NCBI GenBank assembly: GCA_045654485.1
Contig: JAZONN010000023.1
Location: forward strand, 23,305-87,304
DNA: 64,000 nt
Reading direction: 5' to 3'
From: Candidatus Enterousia sp.
Lineage (GTDB): Bacteria > Pseudomonadota > Alphaproteobacteria > Rs-D84
This document shows, one piece after another, positions 1 through 9,234 of this stretch. Position 1 is the first letter of the stretch, and every line of letters begins with the position of its first letter. The position numbers and the translations under genes were made by a program. Under the pieces are notes generated by a model. That model was given only the letters and a program-made list of their open reading frames with translations, had not been told where the DNA came from and searched no databases.

Positions 1-830
1 AAAAAACATCCGCAGGTATGATGGATTGTAAAAAAGCGTTGATTGAAAATGATGGTAATATTGAAGCCGCTGCGGATTGGTTGCGTCAGAAAGGTATCGT
101 AAAAGCCGCATCAAAAGCAGGTCGTGTTGCCGCATCAGGTTTGGTAACGGTTGTAAAATGCGATAATATGGGTTGTGTTGTTGAATTAAACGCAGAAACG
201 GACTTTGTTGCGAAAAACGAAAAATTCCAAAAATTGGTTGCAGATGTTGCCGCAAAAGCTGCTGAATTGCATGGGGATTTTGAAGCAACTATGGATGCAG
301 TAAAAGATGATATTGCGGCCACTATTTCAACAATTGGTGAAAATATGAATTTGCGCCGTATTGCAAAAGTAACAGGTGATAAAATCTTTACATATATTCA
401 CAATGCTTTGGTTCCAGGTATGGGGCAAATTGGTGTTGCGGTTGCAATTAATGGTGATGATGCAAAAATTGATGAAATTGGTTCAAAAATTGCAATGCAC
501 ATTGCTGCGAATAAACCAGAATTTATGACGGTTGATAATGTTGATCCTGTTGCGGTTGAACGTGAAAAGAAAGTGTTCATCGAATCGGGTGCAACTGCGG
601 GCAAGCCAGAAAATATCGTTGAAAAAATGGTAGAAGGTCGTATTAAAAAATACTATGGCGAAAGCGTTTTAGAAGAACAGCCATTTGTTATGGAACCATC
701 CAAAACGGTAAAAGAAATTATCGGTGAAGCTGGTGGTAAATTGGCTGGTTTTGCATACTTTGTTTTGGGTGAAGGTATCGAAAAACGTGAAGATAACTTG
801 GCCGATGAAGTTGCGAAAATGTTGGGTTAA
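1..830 (+). CDS. tsf: Elongation factor Ts, 5'-truncated by window edge (reading frame continues upstream: ...KTSAGMMDCKKAL)
   Basis: Translation matches EF-Ts N-terminal UBA-like motif GMMDCKKAL and dimerisation/core domain; no in-frame start within window. Confidence 0.93.
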   Translation, partial: KTSAGMMDCKKALIENDGNIEAAADWLRQKGIVKAASKAGRVAASGLVTVVKCDNMGCVVELNAETDFVAKNEKFQKLVADVAAKAAELHGDFEATMDAVKDDIAATISTIGENMNLRRIAKVTGDKIFTYIHNALVPGMGQIGVAVAINGDDAKIDEIGSKIAMHIAANKPEFMTVDNVDPVAVEREKKVFIESGATAGKPENIVEKMVEGRIKKYYGESVLEEQPFVMEPSKTVKEIIGEAGGKLAGFAYFVLGEGIEKREDNLADEVAKMLG

Positions 831-845
831 TTAATCCAAAGGTAT

Positions 846-873
846 AAAAAAACCGCCAAACGGCGGTTTTTTT
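846..873. terminator. Bidirectional intrinsic terminator between tsf(+) and grpE(-)
   Basis: hairpin ccgcc-aaac-ggcgg flanked by A-run upstream and T-run downstream. Confidence 0.6.
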
Positions 874-1390
874 ATTTGCATACAATTACCATTGCGGGGC
901 GCAGAACTGTGTCTGCGAACATGTAACCCGATTGCATTTCATCAACTATGGTATTTGATTTTTTGTCTGGGCATTCGATTACTTGGATTGCATTGTGAAA
1001 CATTGGGTTTAATTGTTCGCCAATTGATTCAATACGTGTGATACCAATTTGTGCAAATGCAGATTCCATTGCACGTGCCATTGATTGAATACCGGCATCG
1101 TCAGGTGTGTGTTTTAATGCAGCGTCAATCGCATCCATAACGGGTAATATTTTTTCTGCGACACTCATTGCACGATTACGGGCACGTGACTGGGCGTCTA
1201 ATTCGGCACGTCTGCGTGTGTTTTCCAATTCGGCTGCGATGCGTAGGTATTTGTCATTCAATTCGTTTATTTGTGCATTTAATGCATCGATTTGTTGGTT
1301 CGTATCTTTGCTGATGTTATCATTTGCGCCTTCTTCGATCGATACGGTTTCGATTTCGACAGATTTATCTTCGTTCATTTTATTATCCAT
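872..1390 (-). CDS. grpE: Nucleotide exchange factor GrpE
   Basis: 172-aa ORF; coiled-coil N-part and conserved GrpE C-terminal region (…AELENTRRR…, MDAIDAALKH…, FNPMFHNAIQV…). Confidence 0.88.
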   Translation of the reverse strand: MDNKMNEDKSVEIETVSIEEGANDNISKDTNQQIDALNAQINELNDKYLRIAAELENTRRRAELDAQSRARNRAMSVAEKILPVMDAIDAALKHTPDDAGIQSMARAMESAFAQIGITRIESIGEQLNPMFHNAIQVIECPDKKSNTIVDEMQSGYMFADTVLRPAMVIVCK

Positions 1391-1418
1391 TTTATTGTTT
1401 AGCTGTCTTAGTGTATGA

Positions 1419-2123
1419 TTATTTTACACTTGTTATTATAGGTATAAAATCTTCGGGTTTCAAGGATGCACCACCAACCAATACACCGTCTACATTTGGA
1501 ATAGACATAATTTCGTTTGCATTTGATGCTTTGACCGATGCGCCGTATAGAATTGGTGTCTTGTCCAGCCCCATGTCAGTTAATGTTTTTGCAATTAAAG
1601 TGTGTGCTTCTTCGATTTCATCGGATGTTGGTGTTAAGCCGGCGCCAATCGCCCAACGTGGTTCGTATGCGACGATGATTGGTGATGTGACGACCGATGG
1701 AACAGATTCACGAACGCCCGATTCGATTATTTCCATTGTTTTGCCCGCATTTTTTTCGTCCATAGTTTCGCCAACACAAATAATTGGTGTCAAACCATTG
1801 GCCAATGCAATTGTGGCCTTGGCACGTACTGTATCATTTGTGTCGCCGTGATATTGGCGGCATTCGCTATGCCCAACAATTACATATTTGGCACCGGTGT
1901 TTGTAATCATAGATGCGGAAACTTCGCCGGTATATGCGCCTTTTTCATGCATACTGACATCTTGGGCGCCGATTGATACGTGTTCATTCCCATTTGTTAA
2001 CATAGTAAATGGTACACACAAAATCACGGTGTTGTCAGTTGCGACGTTTTCCAATTCGTTCATCATATTTTTCAATGATTCGTGTGACCCGTTCATTTTC
2101 CAATTCCCAGCAATAATTTTCAT
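1419..2123 (-). CDS. tpiA: Triosephosphate isomerase
   Basis: Start set at internal ATG giving canonical N-terminus MKIIAGNWKMNGS; conserved TIM motifs (VIVGHSECRQ, catalytic E in AYEPRWAIGAG, GGASLKPE). The long upstream extension in the ORF track has no homology. Confidence 0.9.
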   Translation of the reverse strand: MKIIAGNWKMNGSHESLKNMMNELENVATDNTVILCVPFTMLTNGNEHVSIGAQDVSMHEKGAYTGEVSASMITNTGAKYVIVGHSECRQYHGDTNDTVRAKATIALANGLTPIICVGETMDEKNAGKTMEIIESGVRESVPSVVTSPIIVAYEPRWAIGAGLTPTSDEIEEAHTLIAKTLTDMGLDKTPILYGASVKASNANEIMSIPNVDGVLVGGASLKPEDFIPIITSVK

Positions 2124-2191
2124 GTAAAATTCCCTTTTTTTCGTTGCTTTTATGTAATTTGTTTTGCTATGGTAGCGCAAAAGGGGAACAA

Positions 2192-3604
2192 ATGCTAGAA
2201 TATTTAAGAAATGCATCAGAAAAACCAGTTGCCAAGATTTTAATCGCAGTTTTGGCTTTTTCGTTTGTTGGGTGGGGCGTTGCCGAATGGATTTTTGGCG
2301 GCTCGGTTGGTGATAATACATTGGTGACCGTTGGCGATGCCAAGGTTTCAACCAATATGTATAATGCCCAACGTTCACAGGATTTGGCATCTATGTCACG
2401 TGAAGAACAACGTGCCATTTATACAGATGTGGCATCACAAAATGCCTTTGCGGCCAACGTATTACAAAAATTAACCACACAGCAGATGACTCAAAATCGT
2501 GCAGATGATTTGGGGTTTGTTGTGACGGATAAACGAATCGCACGTGAAATTCGTTCGTATCCAGAGTTTCAGGTAAATGGTGAATTTTCAACATTTGCAT
2601 TTGATACCGCTTTACAGCGTTCTGGTTATTCCGAATCGGATTTTGCGGCCGTTTTGCGTGATCAAGTTTTACGTTCGATGGTTTTTGTTGCGCCATCGAT
2701 GGCTGTTTCGGTTCCGGAATTTGCGGTTCGTGCGGCATATGATGCACGTTATGGTCAACGTGAAATAGAATATGTATCTGTACCATATTCTGAATTTAAT
2801 GTTGAAAAACCAACAGATGAAGATTTGCGTACATACTATGCGCAAAATCCAAAGACGATTGCGGAAACCCGTTCCGTGTCATATGTGTTTGTGCCGGCCG
2901 AAATGGCGACACCCGACAAATATGATGCCGGTTATGCAATCGCAATTAAGATAGAGGATGATATAATTGCCGGTGATGCGATGGCTGATGTGGCAAAGCG
3001 TCATGGTGCGAAATATGTATCTGTGCCGGCGTTTGCACGTGATGCACGTTTGTCAGATAAGATATTGACAGAGGTATTGATTGATAAAATCTTTGATATG
3101 GATGTGGGTTTGGAAAGTGAAATGATTGAAACCGCAGATGGATTTTTGTTTGTTCGTGTTGATGCGATAAATCCGGCACATGTTGCGGAATTCGAATCGG
3201 TTAAATCCGGATTGGTTGATGCGTGGCGTGATTCAGAACGTAAAAAATTGGCATACGTTCGTGCAAACGAATTGTTGGTTGATTTGAACAAGACGGAAAA
3301 ATTGGACGGTGGTCGTGTTGTGACTGTGTCACGTGCAGACGGTGCACCATTAGAGGTTCTGTCCGCAGCGTTCCGTAATTCGGTTGGTCAAAATTCATTG
3401 GTCGAAGGTGCCAAGGCATTCTATGTAATTCGTGTCAAGAATGTGGTGCCGGCCAAGGTTGATGAAAAACGTATGTCAAAAATGCGTGAAGAAATGTCGG
3501 GTGTAATGAATAAATGGATTATATCTGACTATAATTCTTTCTTGGGTCGTGAATATCCGGTAACGGTGAACGAGAAGACATACAATCGATTCTTTGCGAA
3601 TTAA
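2192..3604 (+). CDS. ppiD: Periplasmic chaperone / peptidyl-prolyl isomerase PpiD-SurA family (N-terminal TM anchor)
   Basis: Start at ATG 2192 preceded by aaggggaa RBS; N-terminal hydrophobic anchor, long SurA-N-like chaperone region; divergent from tpiA. Confidence 0.65.
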   Translation: MLEYLRNASEKPVAKILIAVLAFSFVGWGVAEWIFGGSVGDNTLVTVGDAKVSTNMYNAQRSQDLASMSREEQRAIYTDVASQNAFAANVLQKLTTQQMTQNRADDLGFVVTDKRIAREIRSYPEFQVNGEFSTFAFDTALQRSGYSESDFAAVLRDQVLRSMVFVAPSMAVSVPEFAVRAAYDARYGQREIEYVSVPYSEFNVEKPTDEDLRTYYAQNPKTIAETRSVSYVFVPAEMATPDKYDAGYAIAIKIEDDIIAGDAMADVAKRHGAKYVSVPAFARDARLSDKILTEVLIDKIFDMDVGLESEMIETADGFLFVRVDAINPAHVAEFESVKSGLVDAWRDSERKKLAYVRANELLVDLNKTEKLDGGRVVTVSRADGAPLEVLSAAFRNSVGQNSLVEGAKAFYVIRVKNVVPAKVDEKRMSKMREEMSGVMNKWIISDYNSFLGREYPVTVNEKTYNRFFAN

Positions 3605-3620
3605 TATAGGCGACCAGATA

Positions 3621-3648
3621 AAATCCCCCGCAAGGGGGATTTTTTTTT
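3621..3648 (+). terminator. Intrinsic terminator after ppiD-like gene
   Basis: ccccc-gcaa-ggggg stem-loop followed by 9 T. Confidence 0.65.
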
Positions 3649-3649
3649 G

Positions 3650-3880
3650 TGGGGGCATAGCGGGGTGGGGCAACCAATATTGTCATTCCGGTGCCGGACA
3701 CCGGAATCCAGGTTTGGCAAATAAAATAATGTTTACAGTGGATGTATTATGTAAAAAAAAGGCGGTGCCTGGGTCCCGTGCTTCCTACTTCACCAAGGTT
3801 TTGTAGGACAAGCAAGCCACGGGATGACAAAGGAGAAAACGTGGGAAGGGGGCTTTCCATTATTTGTGGGATGACGGGGG
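3650..3880. other. GC-rich, highly structured intergenic region (candidate small RNA / cis element) between convergent genes
   Basis: Perfect 9-bp hairpin attccggtg/caccggaat (3688-3712), long imperfect hairpin cccgtgcttcctac...gtaggacaagcaagccacggg, GC content far above local average, no plausible ORF. Confidence 0.2.
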
Positions 3881-3883
3881 GTG

Positions 3884-3906
3884 AAAAAATCCCCCATGTG
3901 GGGGGC
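3884..3906 (-). terminator. Intrinsic terminator for 885-aa gene (minus strand)
   Basis: On minus strand CCCCC-cacau-GGGGG followed by U6. Confidence 0.5.
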
Positions 3907-6564
3907 TTATATAAGTTGGCAGTCGTCTGGGCACGCTGATTCAAAATATTGTAACGTTACTTTGCGACACCTTTCATCGTTGTCTTCTTTATATGTATCT
4001 GTTGTACACTCTGTCGCCGCTTTGCCTTGATAGCATATATTATATTTGCGATCATGGTTAGAAAGTGCTTTTTTGAATTCTTTGGCGACGGCCATGGCGC
4101 GACTCTCTGACAATATTTGATTGTTCATTTTGCTGTTGGGCTTAAATTTTGTGCGATCTGTATGGCCGGTTGTTTGGACACAATAGTTTTGTGCAATTGT
4201 GTTATAATTGGCATCCAAGTATTTCTCGAACTCTGCTGCGGCATTGATGATGTCGGTATTGTCTTTAATGTTAGATTTGCCAGAGTCAAATAAATTATCT
4301 GTGTATAAATCTAATTGTGGTGTGAGATGAACTTCAGCATTTTGTTCATTTTTTATACATGCCTCATTTTCTTCATGATAAGGGTCTGTGCACTTGCAGA
4401 CATTCTCAATTGACGTTGCATGTTCTATGCATTCACATTTGTCTGTATCAACTAAGCCGGTTAATAGACATTCTGGTTTTGGTTCTGGTTCTGGTTCTTG
4501 TTTCACGGTATCGTCTGACTTTGGCAGGTATGTGTGTGTAACTTTGTTATATATATAATCGTTATCGCATTTGCAGTTTAAATCAATTGGTTTTGCGTTT
4601 TCGGCACATTTGCAATCTTCTTTAGCGGTATCTCCAGTCAGGCCACAGGTGCTGCATAGTGTATCAGGCGAAAATATATAGTTAGGATTTTTGCATATGC
4701 AATCTGGATATGTCCCGCCAGAAACGCCTTCTATACCGGTACAGGTTTTGGTTGTTGGTTGGTCATCTATTTTTTTCTGCAAGGCATCCCAGCTTTGTTT
4801 TAATTTTAAGTACTTTGAATTTATGTTGGCGATTTCTTGGCGGACAGAGGCCAAGGTTGGGGCATCTTTATTGATTAATTGGTTGCCGACAATACTGCCA
4901 ATGACACCAACGCCCGCCGTTGTTGCGCCGGCAATAATCAGGTTTTTGGATTTCTTGGTCTGTTCGGCCCATGCGGCGGCATCTGCGCCGTTTGGATCCA
5001 ATATCGCACGTGCCAAAGATGTGTACATACCCGCCGAACGACCCGATGAAACGTCGTCATATAAACCCGATGTCGCAGAGTTTAAGATAGGTTCGCTTTC
5101 GATACCGGCACGCATACCTAAAACATCTTTGCGTAATTTTAAATCATTTGCCAATGTGACATATTCGGCATATAGATTATATAGTTCCGTTGATGTTGGT
5201 AATTCGGTTGGCTGGGTGCCGTATTCAACATTTGTATTACCATAGTTACATTTAAAGGTTGCAACATAACCGCGCATTTTTTCTTCGGCTTCTTGGTCGG
5301 CCTTTTGTTCGGTTAAACCAGATGCCAGCATCATACCGCCGGCACCGGTTGCGGCCATTGATGCCGTGCCCAATATTTTATTGGTAATCGATGTTTCGTT
5401 GTCGTGGGCTGTGTTGTATAGTGTTTCTAATTCACCAATACGGCTGGCGGATTTGTCTTCTGGTAATACCATCATTCCTACACACTCGGAACCGTCTTTG
5501 TTTGGTGTATAGCCCTTTTCGCATTTTGTGGCTTTACAGCGACGATCATTACCCTCGTCGATATATACACCTTCAGTTGCGTGTAGTGGTAGATCTGTAT
5601 CGTGACATTGGGTTTCAGGTATACATTTGGTTTCAGTATTATTTGCTTTGTATTGCTTCTCTTTGCATGTGACCTTGCATATATACGTATTATTATTTAG
5701 CACATAGGCGCTAGATTCGATACCTTCACCTGTTGTGCAGTCTTGTGTTTTTTTACAGGTGGTGTTTAATTTGCTAAGTTTTGAGCGGAATGCTTGGTCT
5801 GTTTGGTCGATTTCTACTTTTTTATTATCTTGGCTCATTAATGTATAGTCAGTATCGCATTCGTATGGATAGCATATGTTGTTTTCATGTTTAAATCCTT
5901 TGGCTATGCCATTTCCACTACAGGTTTCATTAGATACTTCTACTGAGGCTATATCGTTACTAGATTCAGTCAATGTAATATTGTGTTCAATGTCGGAGGG
6001 GTTGGGTGTATTTGGTGGGACTGTGAATTCTGTTGTATTATACGTTATATGCTCAAAAATCAGTTTTGAACCGGGGGCTAATTCTTCTATTTTATATTTT
6101 CCATCTTCATCGCTGGTGGCTTTTTTTGATTTGCCTTTTGATTTGTCTTCTAGGTGTACAATTACGCCCTCTACATTGTTTGCAGCTTGGTCAGTTATTG
6201 TTCCGGTAACTGTGATCCCTTTTGGGGTCATTTTTATTTGCACAACTTGATTGTTTTTGTACTGAGTTTGGCCTTCTTTATCTTTATAGTTTTTATGTGT
6301 TATTATATACTCAAATCTATCATTTATTTCCCCGCTGGGGCGCTTTAGTATGCATACGCCATATTCGTTTGTTGTGCAAGTTGGGGCATCCCAATCTCTT
6401 TTTGGTTTTGTTATGGTTATAACTGCACCTTGGATGACTTTTTCGGTATTATTTTCGATTGTTTGTATTTTTGCTTCATTATTTGTATTCGCCAAGGCGG
6501 GTTGGGTAAAGGCCGACACCATAAACGTTGTGCATAATGCAAATAATCTTAAAAATTTTTTCAT
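3907..6564 (-). CDS. Large secreted Cys-rich protein: signal peptide, CarboxypepD_reg-like beta-sandwich, EGF-like Cys modules, PEPEPKPE spacer, C-terminal OmpA-like peptidoglycan-binding domain; distant member of Cys-rich family
   Basis: 885-aa ORF; N-term MKKFLRLFALCTTFMVSAFTQPALA; segment VTGTITD…VEGVIVHLEDKSK…TSDEDGKYKIEELAPGSKLIFEHITY resembles CarboxypepD_reg; C-term …TTGHTDRTKFKPNSKMNNQILSESRAMAVAKEF… resembles OmpA C-domain; Gly-rich hydrophobic segment IIAGATTAGVGVIGSIVG shared with the paralogues. Confidence 0.6.
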   Translation of the reverse strand: MKKFLRLFALCTTFMVSAFTQPALANTNNEAKIQTIENNTEKVIQGAVITITKPKRDWDAPTCTTNEYGVCILKRPSGEINDRFEYIITHKNYKDKEGQTQYKNNQVVQIKMTPKGITVTGTITDQAANNVEGVIVHLEDKSKGKSKKATSDEDGKYKIEELAPGSKLIFEHITYNTTEFTVPPNTPNPSDIEHNITLTESSNDIASVEVSNETCSGNGIAKGFKHENNICYPYECDTDYTLMSQDNKKVEIDQTDQAFRSKLSKLNTTCKKTQDCTTGEGIESSAYVLNNNTYICKVTCKEKQYKANNTETKCIPETQCHDTDLPLHATEGVYIDEGNDRRCKATKCEKGYTPNKDGSECVGMMVLPEDKSASRIGELETLYNTAHDNETSITNKILGTASMAATGAGGMMLASGLTEQKADQEAEEKMRGYVATFKCNYGNTNVEYGTQPTELPTSTELYNLYAEYVTLANDLKLRKDVLGMRAGIESEPILNSATSGLYDDVSSGRSAGMYTSLARAILDPNGADAAAWAEQTKKSKNLIIAGATTAGVGVIGSIVGNQLINKDAPTLASVRQEIANINSKYLKLKQSWDALQKKIDDQPTTKTCTGIEGVSGGTYPDCICKNPNYIFSPDTLCSTCGLTGDTAKEDCKCAENAKPIDLNCKCDNDYIYNKVTHTYLPKSDDTVKQEPEPEPKPECLLTGLVDTDKCECIEHATSIENVCKCTDPYHEENEACIKNEQNAEVHLTPQLDLYTDNLFDSGKSNIKDNTDIINAAAEFEKYLDANYNTIAQNYCVQTTGHTDRTKFKPNSKMNNQILSESRAMAVAKEFKKALSNHDRKYNICYQGKAATECTTDTYKEDNDERCRKVTLQYFESACPDDCQLI
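4471..4500. repeat. Hexanucleotide repeat (ggttct)3 plus degenerate copies, encoding a PEPEPKPE run in the 885-aa gene
   Basis: ttctggttttggttctggttctggttcttg read directly. Confidence 0.55.
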
Positions 6565-6594
6565 GTGTTTCTTACTTTTTGCTGCTTTGTTTAT

Positions 6595-8193
6595 TTACTT
6601 TTTCTGTGCGGCTTCAGCTGCTTGCCTTATTCTTTCAAGGTTATTTGTTAATTTATCTGCGACAAACTTTCCATTTTCATCTACTAATCCACTCATTAAT
6701 TCAGTTGCCACTTTTTTTGCATTTGTTGATGTATCGATTTTTTCGTTGTCCGTTTTCTTATTCTCATTTGTTTTGGATTGTTCGACTGAATCTTTGCTGC
6801 GGCAACGGCCGTTTTCGTTAACTTGCTGGTCACCTTTGCAGTCGCATCTGTTGAATTCGGAATTCCATTCGCCACCGCTGTTTTCGCATTTGCGGATATC
6901 ACTCTTGTCGCCGGTGCCGTATAATTCGTTGTGTTTGATTTGTGCATCTTTTAATTCTTTTTTGGCTTTATGTGTCGTTACCGCACGGTCAATCGCACCA
7001 GATGTAATCGCACCAACACCAATACCAAGCCCAGAACCCAACATCGCAGCGGATGCAGATGCCTGTTCCCGGGTAAGACGGAATGCATTTTCCATAAATG
7101 TGGTGACGTCAACGCCAAACCAGTTTGGATCGCATGTAAATGTTGCACCGGCGTATGCTTTCTTGGATGCATAAAGTTTTGAATCGTTGCCGGCATAGAA
7201 ATTTACCGTGTACACACAATCCAATGAACGATCGTCAAACATTGCCCCCAATCGTTCGCATGCGCCACGCATTGTTGTGCGTAATTCATAAAGGCGCTTT
7301 TCGTCCGCTTGGACTGCACGTTCGGCATCTTGACGTAAATTGCCAAATACACCCATTACACGGGCCGCCAATCCGTTGTCGGCCGTTTGGCAATCTTTGG
7401 CAATCTTGCCGCAATTCGATATGGCGTGGTCGCCCGCCGTTTTGCCCAAGCATTTGGAAAAGTTTGTGCCACATTCGTCAATAATACATTGGTTATAATT
7501 TTTCCCGCAATTGATTACCGTGTTGTATGCCGATAAACGTTCGTGATGGTCACGATCCGCCAAGATTTCCACCGATAATAATGCATATTCGTGGCCCGTG
7601 CATGTTGTGTTGCGACGGCATGCATCAATCTTGGTTCCCCAAATGGTTGCATCATCAGATGCACATTTGGAAAAGTCCGCACCACATTTTTCAGCCATGC
7701 ATGAACGTAATTCAGAATCACATTTGTTCGCACCCGCAGATATAGTTGCCGTGTGACCAACTATTTCATCGGATGCCGATTTCGCCGCCATCAATTCACG
7801 TTGGGCACGGACTTTGTCCGCCAATGATGTGCCGGATGTGTCACTTGAAGCAGATAATCCCAAGAATGATGAGAAATATGATGCCTTGTTTTGAATGTTG
7901 GTCGGAATGTTTGATGCTTTTGATTCTGATGCGGGTTTTTCGTTTGTTTTGGACGTGGTTGTTGACGTAGATGACGTTGCGTTGCTTGTGCCTTTGTTCG
8001 CAGATGTCGATGCCATCAATACCGAATTCGCACCAGAGGTCGGACGGGGGGTGCGTGATGTCACGCCCGCAGATTGTGCATTGCCACAATATACCGCACC
8101 CATAACGGCCGCAATTGTGCCAAAAGTACGTATCGTATTGCGGTTGCCGTTCGTTTTATCGTGTTGCATAGTCATCTTTTTTCCCCGTTTCAT
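6595..8193 (-). CDS. Secreted or lipo-anchored Cys-rich protein, member of the giant Cys-rich paralogue family (duplicated C..KCGADFSKC / CIIDECGTNFSKC modules, Gly-rich hydrophobic segment)
   Basis: 532-aa ORF; S/T-rich linker after N-terminal hydrophobic segment; motifs shared with 765-aa and 288-aa paralogues; alternative start at 8175 has better RBS. Confidence 0.55.
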   Translation of the reverse strand: MKRGKKMTMQHDKTNGNRNTIRTFGTIAAVMGAVYCGNAQSAGVTSRTPRPTSGANSVLMASTSANKGTSNATSSTSTTTSKTNEKPASESKASNIPTNIQNKASYFSSFLGLSASSDTSGTSLADKVRAQRELMAAKSASDEIVGHTATISAGANKCDSELRSCMAEKCGADFSKCASDDATIWGTKIDACRRNTTCTGHEYALLSVEILADRDHHERLSAYNTVINCGKNYNQCIIDECGTNFSKCLGKTAGDHAISNCGKIAKDCQTADNGLAARVMGVFGNLRQDAERAVQADEKRLYELRTTMRGACERLGAMFDDRSLDCVYTVNFYAGNDSKLYASKKAYAGATFTCDPNWFGVDVTTFMENAFRLTREQASASAAMLGSGLGIGVGAITSGAIDRAVTTHKAKKELKDAQIKHNELYGTGDKSDIRKCENSGGEWNSEFNRCDCKGDQQVNENGRCRSKDSVEQSKTNENKKTDNEKIDTSTNAKKVATELMSGLVDENGKFVADKLTNNLERIRQAAEAAQKK

Positions 8194-8209
8194 TTACTTG
8201 TTTTTATAC

Positions 8210-9076
8210 CTAGTCAATGCGTCCGCATGCCGTGTCGTGATATTTGCATAAATCTTTGGCCATGGATTTTTCTGTGTCAAATCCTGATGCGCACTTGTTT
8301 GGCATGTTTTGGGCGCAAACCTGGGCAATACATTTGTCACGTAGTGCGCCGGTTTTACAATCTTCTTTTAAAGAAGCCATCTGATTTTCACGTGCCGTGC
8401 GATATCCAGATACCAATGCATCCAATGCCGCATCAATCGAATCCATTGTCGATTTGCGTGATGCCAATAATTCGGCACGGATAACCGTGCTATGTGCATC
8501 ACACTTTGGTTCAGATAGCAAACAGGTCGAAAATTCACGGTCGAAATCTGTGTCGTCAAAACACTTTTCAAATCCAGAACCGCAACGGGTCGCACCCAAT
8601 AGGCAATTGCGTACCGATGCAGAACATGCCGATGCACTTTGTTCCGAATGCATTTGATTAATCATGTCCGATACACCAGATATAGTATCCGCACCGGCGC
8701 ACGCCGTTTCAATTAATGGATCATATGCTTCTTCTATGTCATTGATGGTGCAGTCCGGCAATTTCTGCAGACAGCGCAATGTCGCCCATGCGTAACGTTC
8801 GCCGGCGTCCGTTGGGGCCGTCTTTAATTCTTTGTCGGATATGTTATATTTCGTTGATGAACCCGCAGATAAAGATTTCATCACGTTTTGGGTCGGTGGT
8901 GTGCCGGCCGCAGATGTCCCGCAATATTGACAGCGGGCAATCGTGTTCGATGACATATTTATCGCACATGCAGAATCAAGACAACGTATTAAGTTTGCGT
9001 GCGAACACTGCGTCGCCGCATTCGCACTATAACCCAGCAATAATGCCGGTATTAAAATCAAAGTTTGTTTTTTCAT
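8210..9076 (-). CDS. Secreted Cys-rich protein, short member of the Cys-rich family (N-module C..RCLDSAC…, CGSGFEKCFDDTDFD module)
   Basis: 288-aa ORF with signal peptide MKKQTLILIPALLLGYSANA; 16 bp upstream of the 532-aa gene on the same strand (operon). Confidence 0.55.
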   Translation of the reverse strand: MKKQTLILIPALLLGYSANAATQCSHANLIRCLDSACAINMSSNTIARCQYCGTSAAGTPPTQNVMKSLSAGSSTKYNISDKELKTAPTDAGERYAWATLRCLQKLPDCTINDIEEAYDPLIETACAGADTISGVSDMINQMHSEQSASACSASVRNCLLGATRCGSGFEKCFDDTDFDREFSTCLLSEPKCDAHSTVIRAELLASRKSTMDSIDAALDALVSGYRTARENQMASLKEDCKTGALRDKCIAQVCAQNMPNKCASGFDTEKSMAKDLCKYHDTACGRID

Positions 9077-9172
9077 GTTCTCTCTATAGAACGTATTATA
9101 TCAGAAACATATATTTATTACAAAGCAAAAAAGAGAAGAAGAATAAAGAGAAATTTTTTTTGATAGTGCCTA

Positions 9173-9201
9173 TTGACAAAAGATATTAATTTGTCTATAT
9201 T
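9173..9201 (+). promoter_or_regulatory. Sigma70-type promoter (TTGACA-17-TATATT) for the 9235 gene
   Basis: TTGACA 9173-9178, 17-nt spacer, TATATT 9196-9201, about 34 nt upstream of ATG; RBS aaaagga. Confidence 0.4.
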
Positions 9202-9234
9202 TATAGCAAGAAGTTAATAACAAAAGGATAAAAA

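Noticed and set aside
2124-2390. Long N-terminal extension of the tpiA ORF in the six-frame track (ORF 1419..2390)
   Set aside because: The canonical TIM N-terminus MKIIAGNWKMN begins at the internal ATG 2123. The extension has no homology and would overlap the divergent ppiD-like promoter/start. Some ORF-track entries also start at TTG/GTG shown as M.
3650-3880. Identification of the GC-rich intergenic block as SRP (4.5S) RNA, RNase P RNA, 6S RNA or tmRNA
   Set aside because: Hallmark motifs are absent on both strands: the domain IV GGAA tetraloop / AGGUCAGG…GGAAGCAGCC of SRP RNA, GGAAAGUCCGGGCUCC of RNase P, and a tmRNA tRNA-like 3' end. It is kept only as an unclassified structured-RNA candidate.
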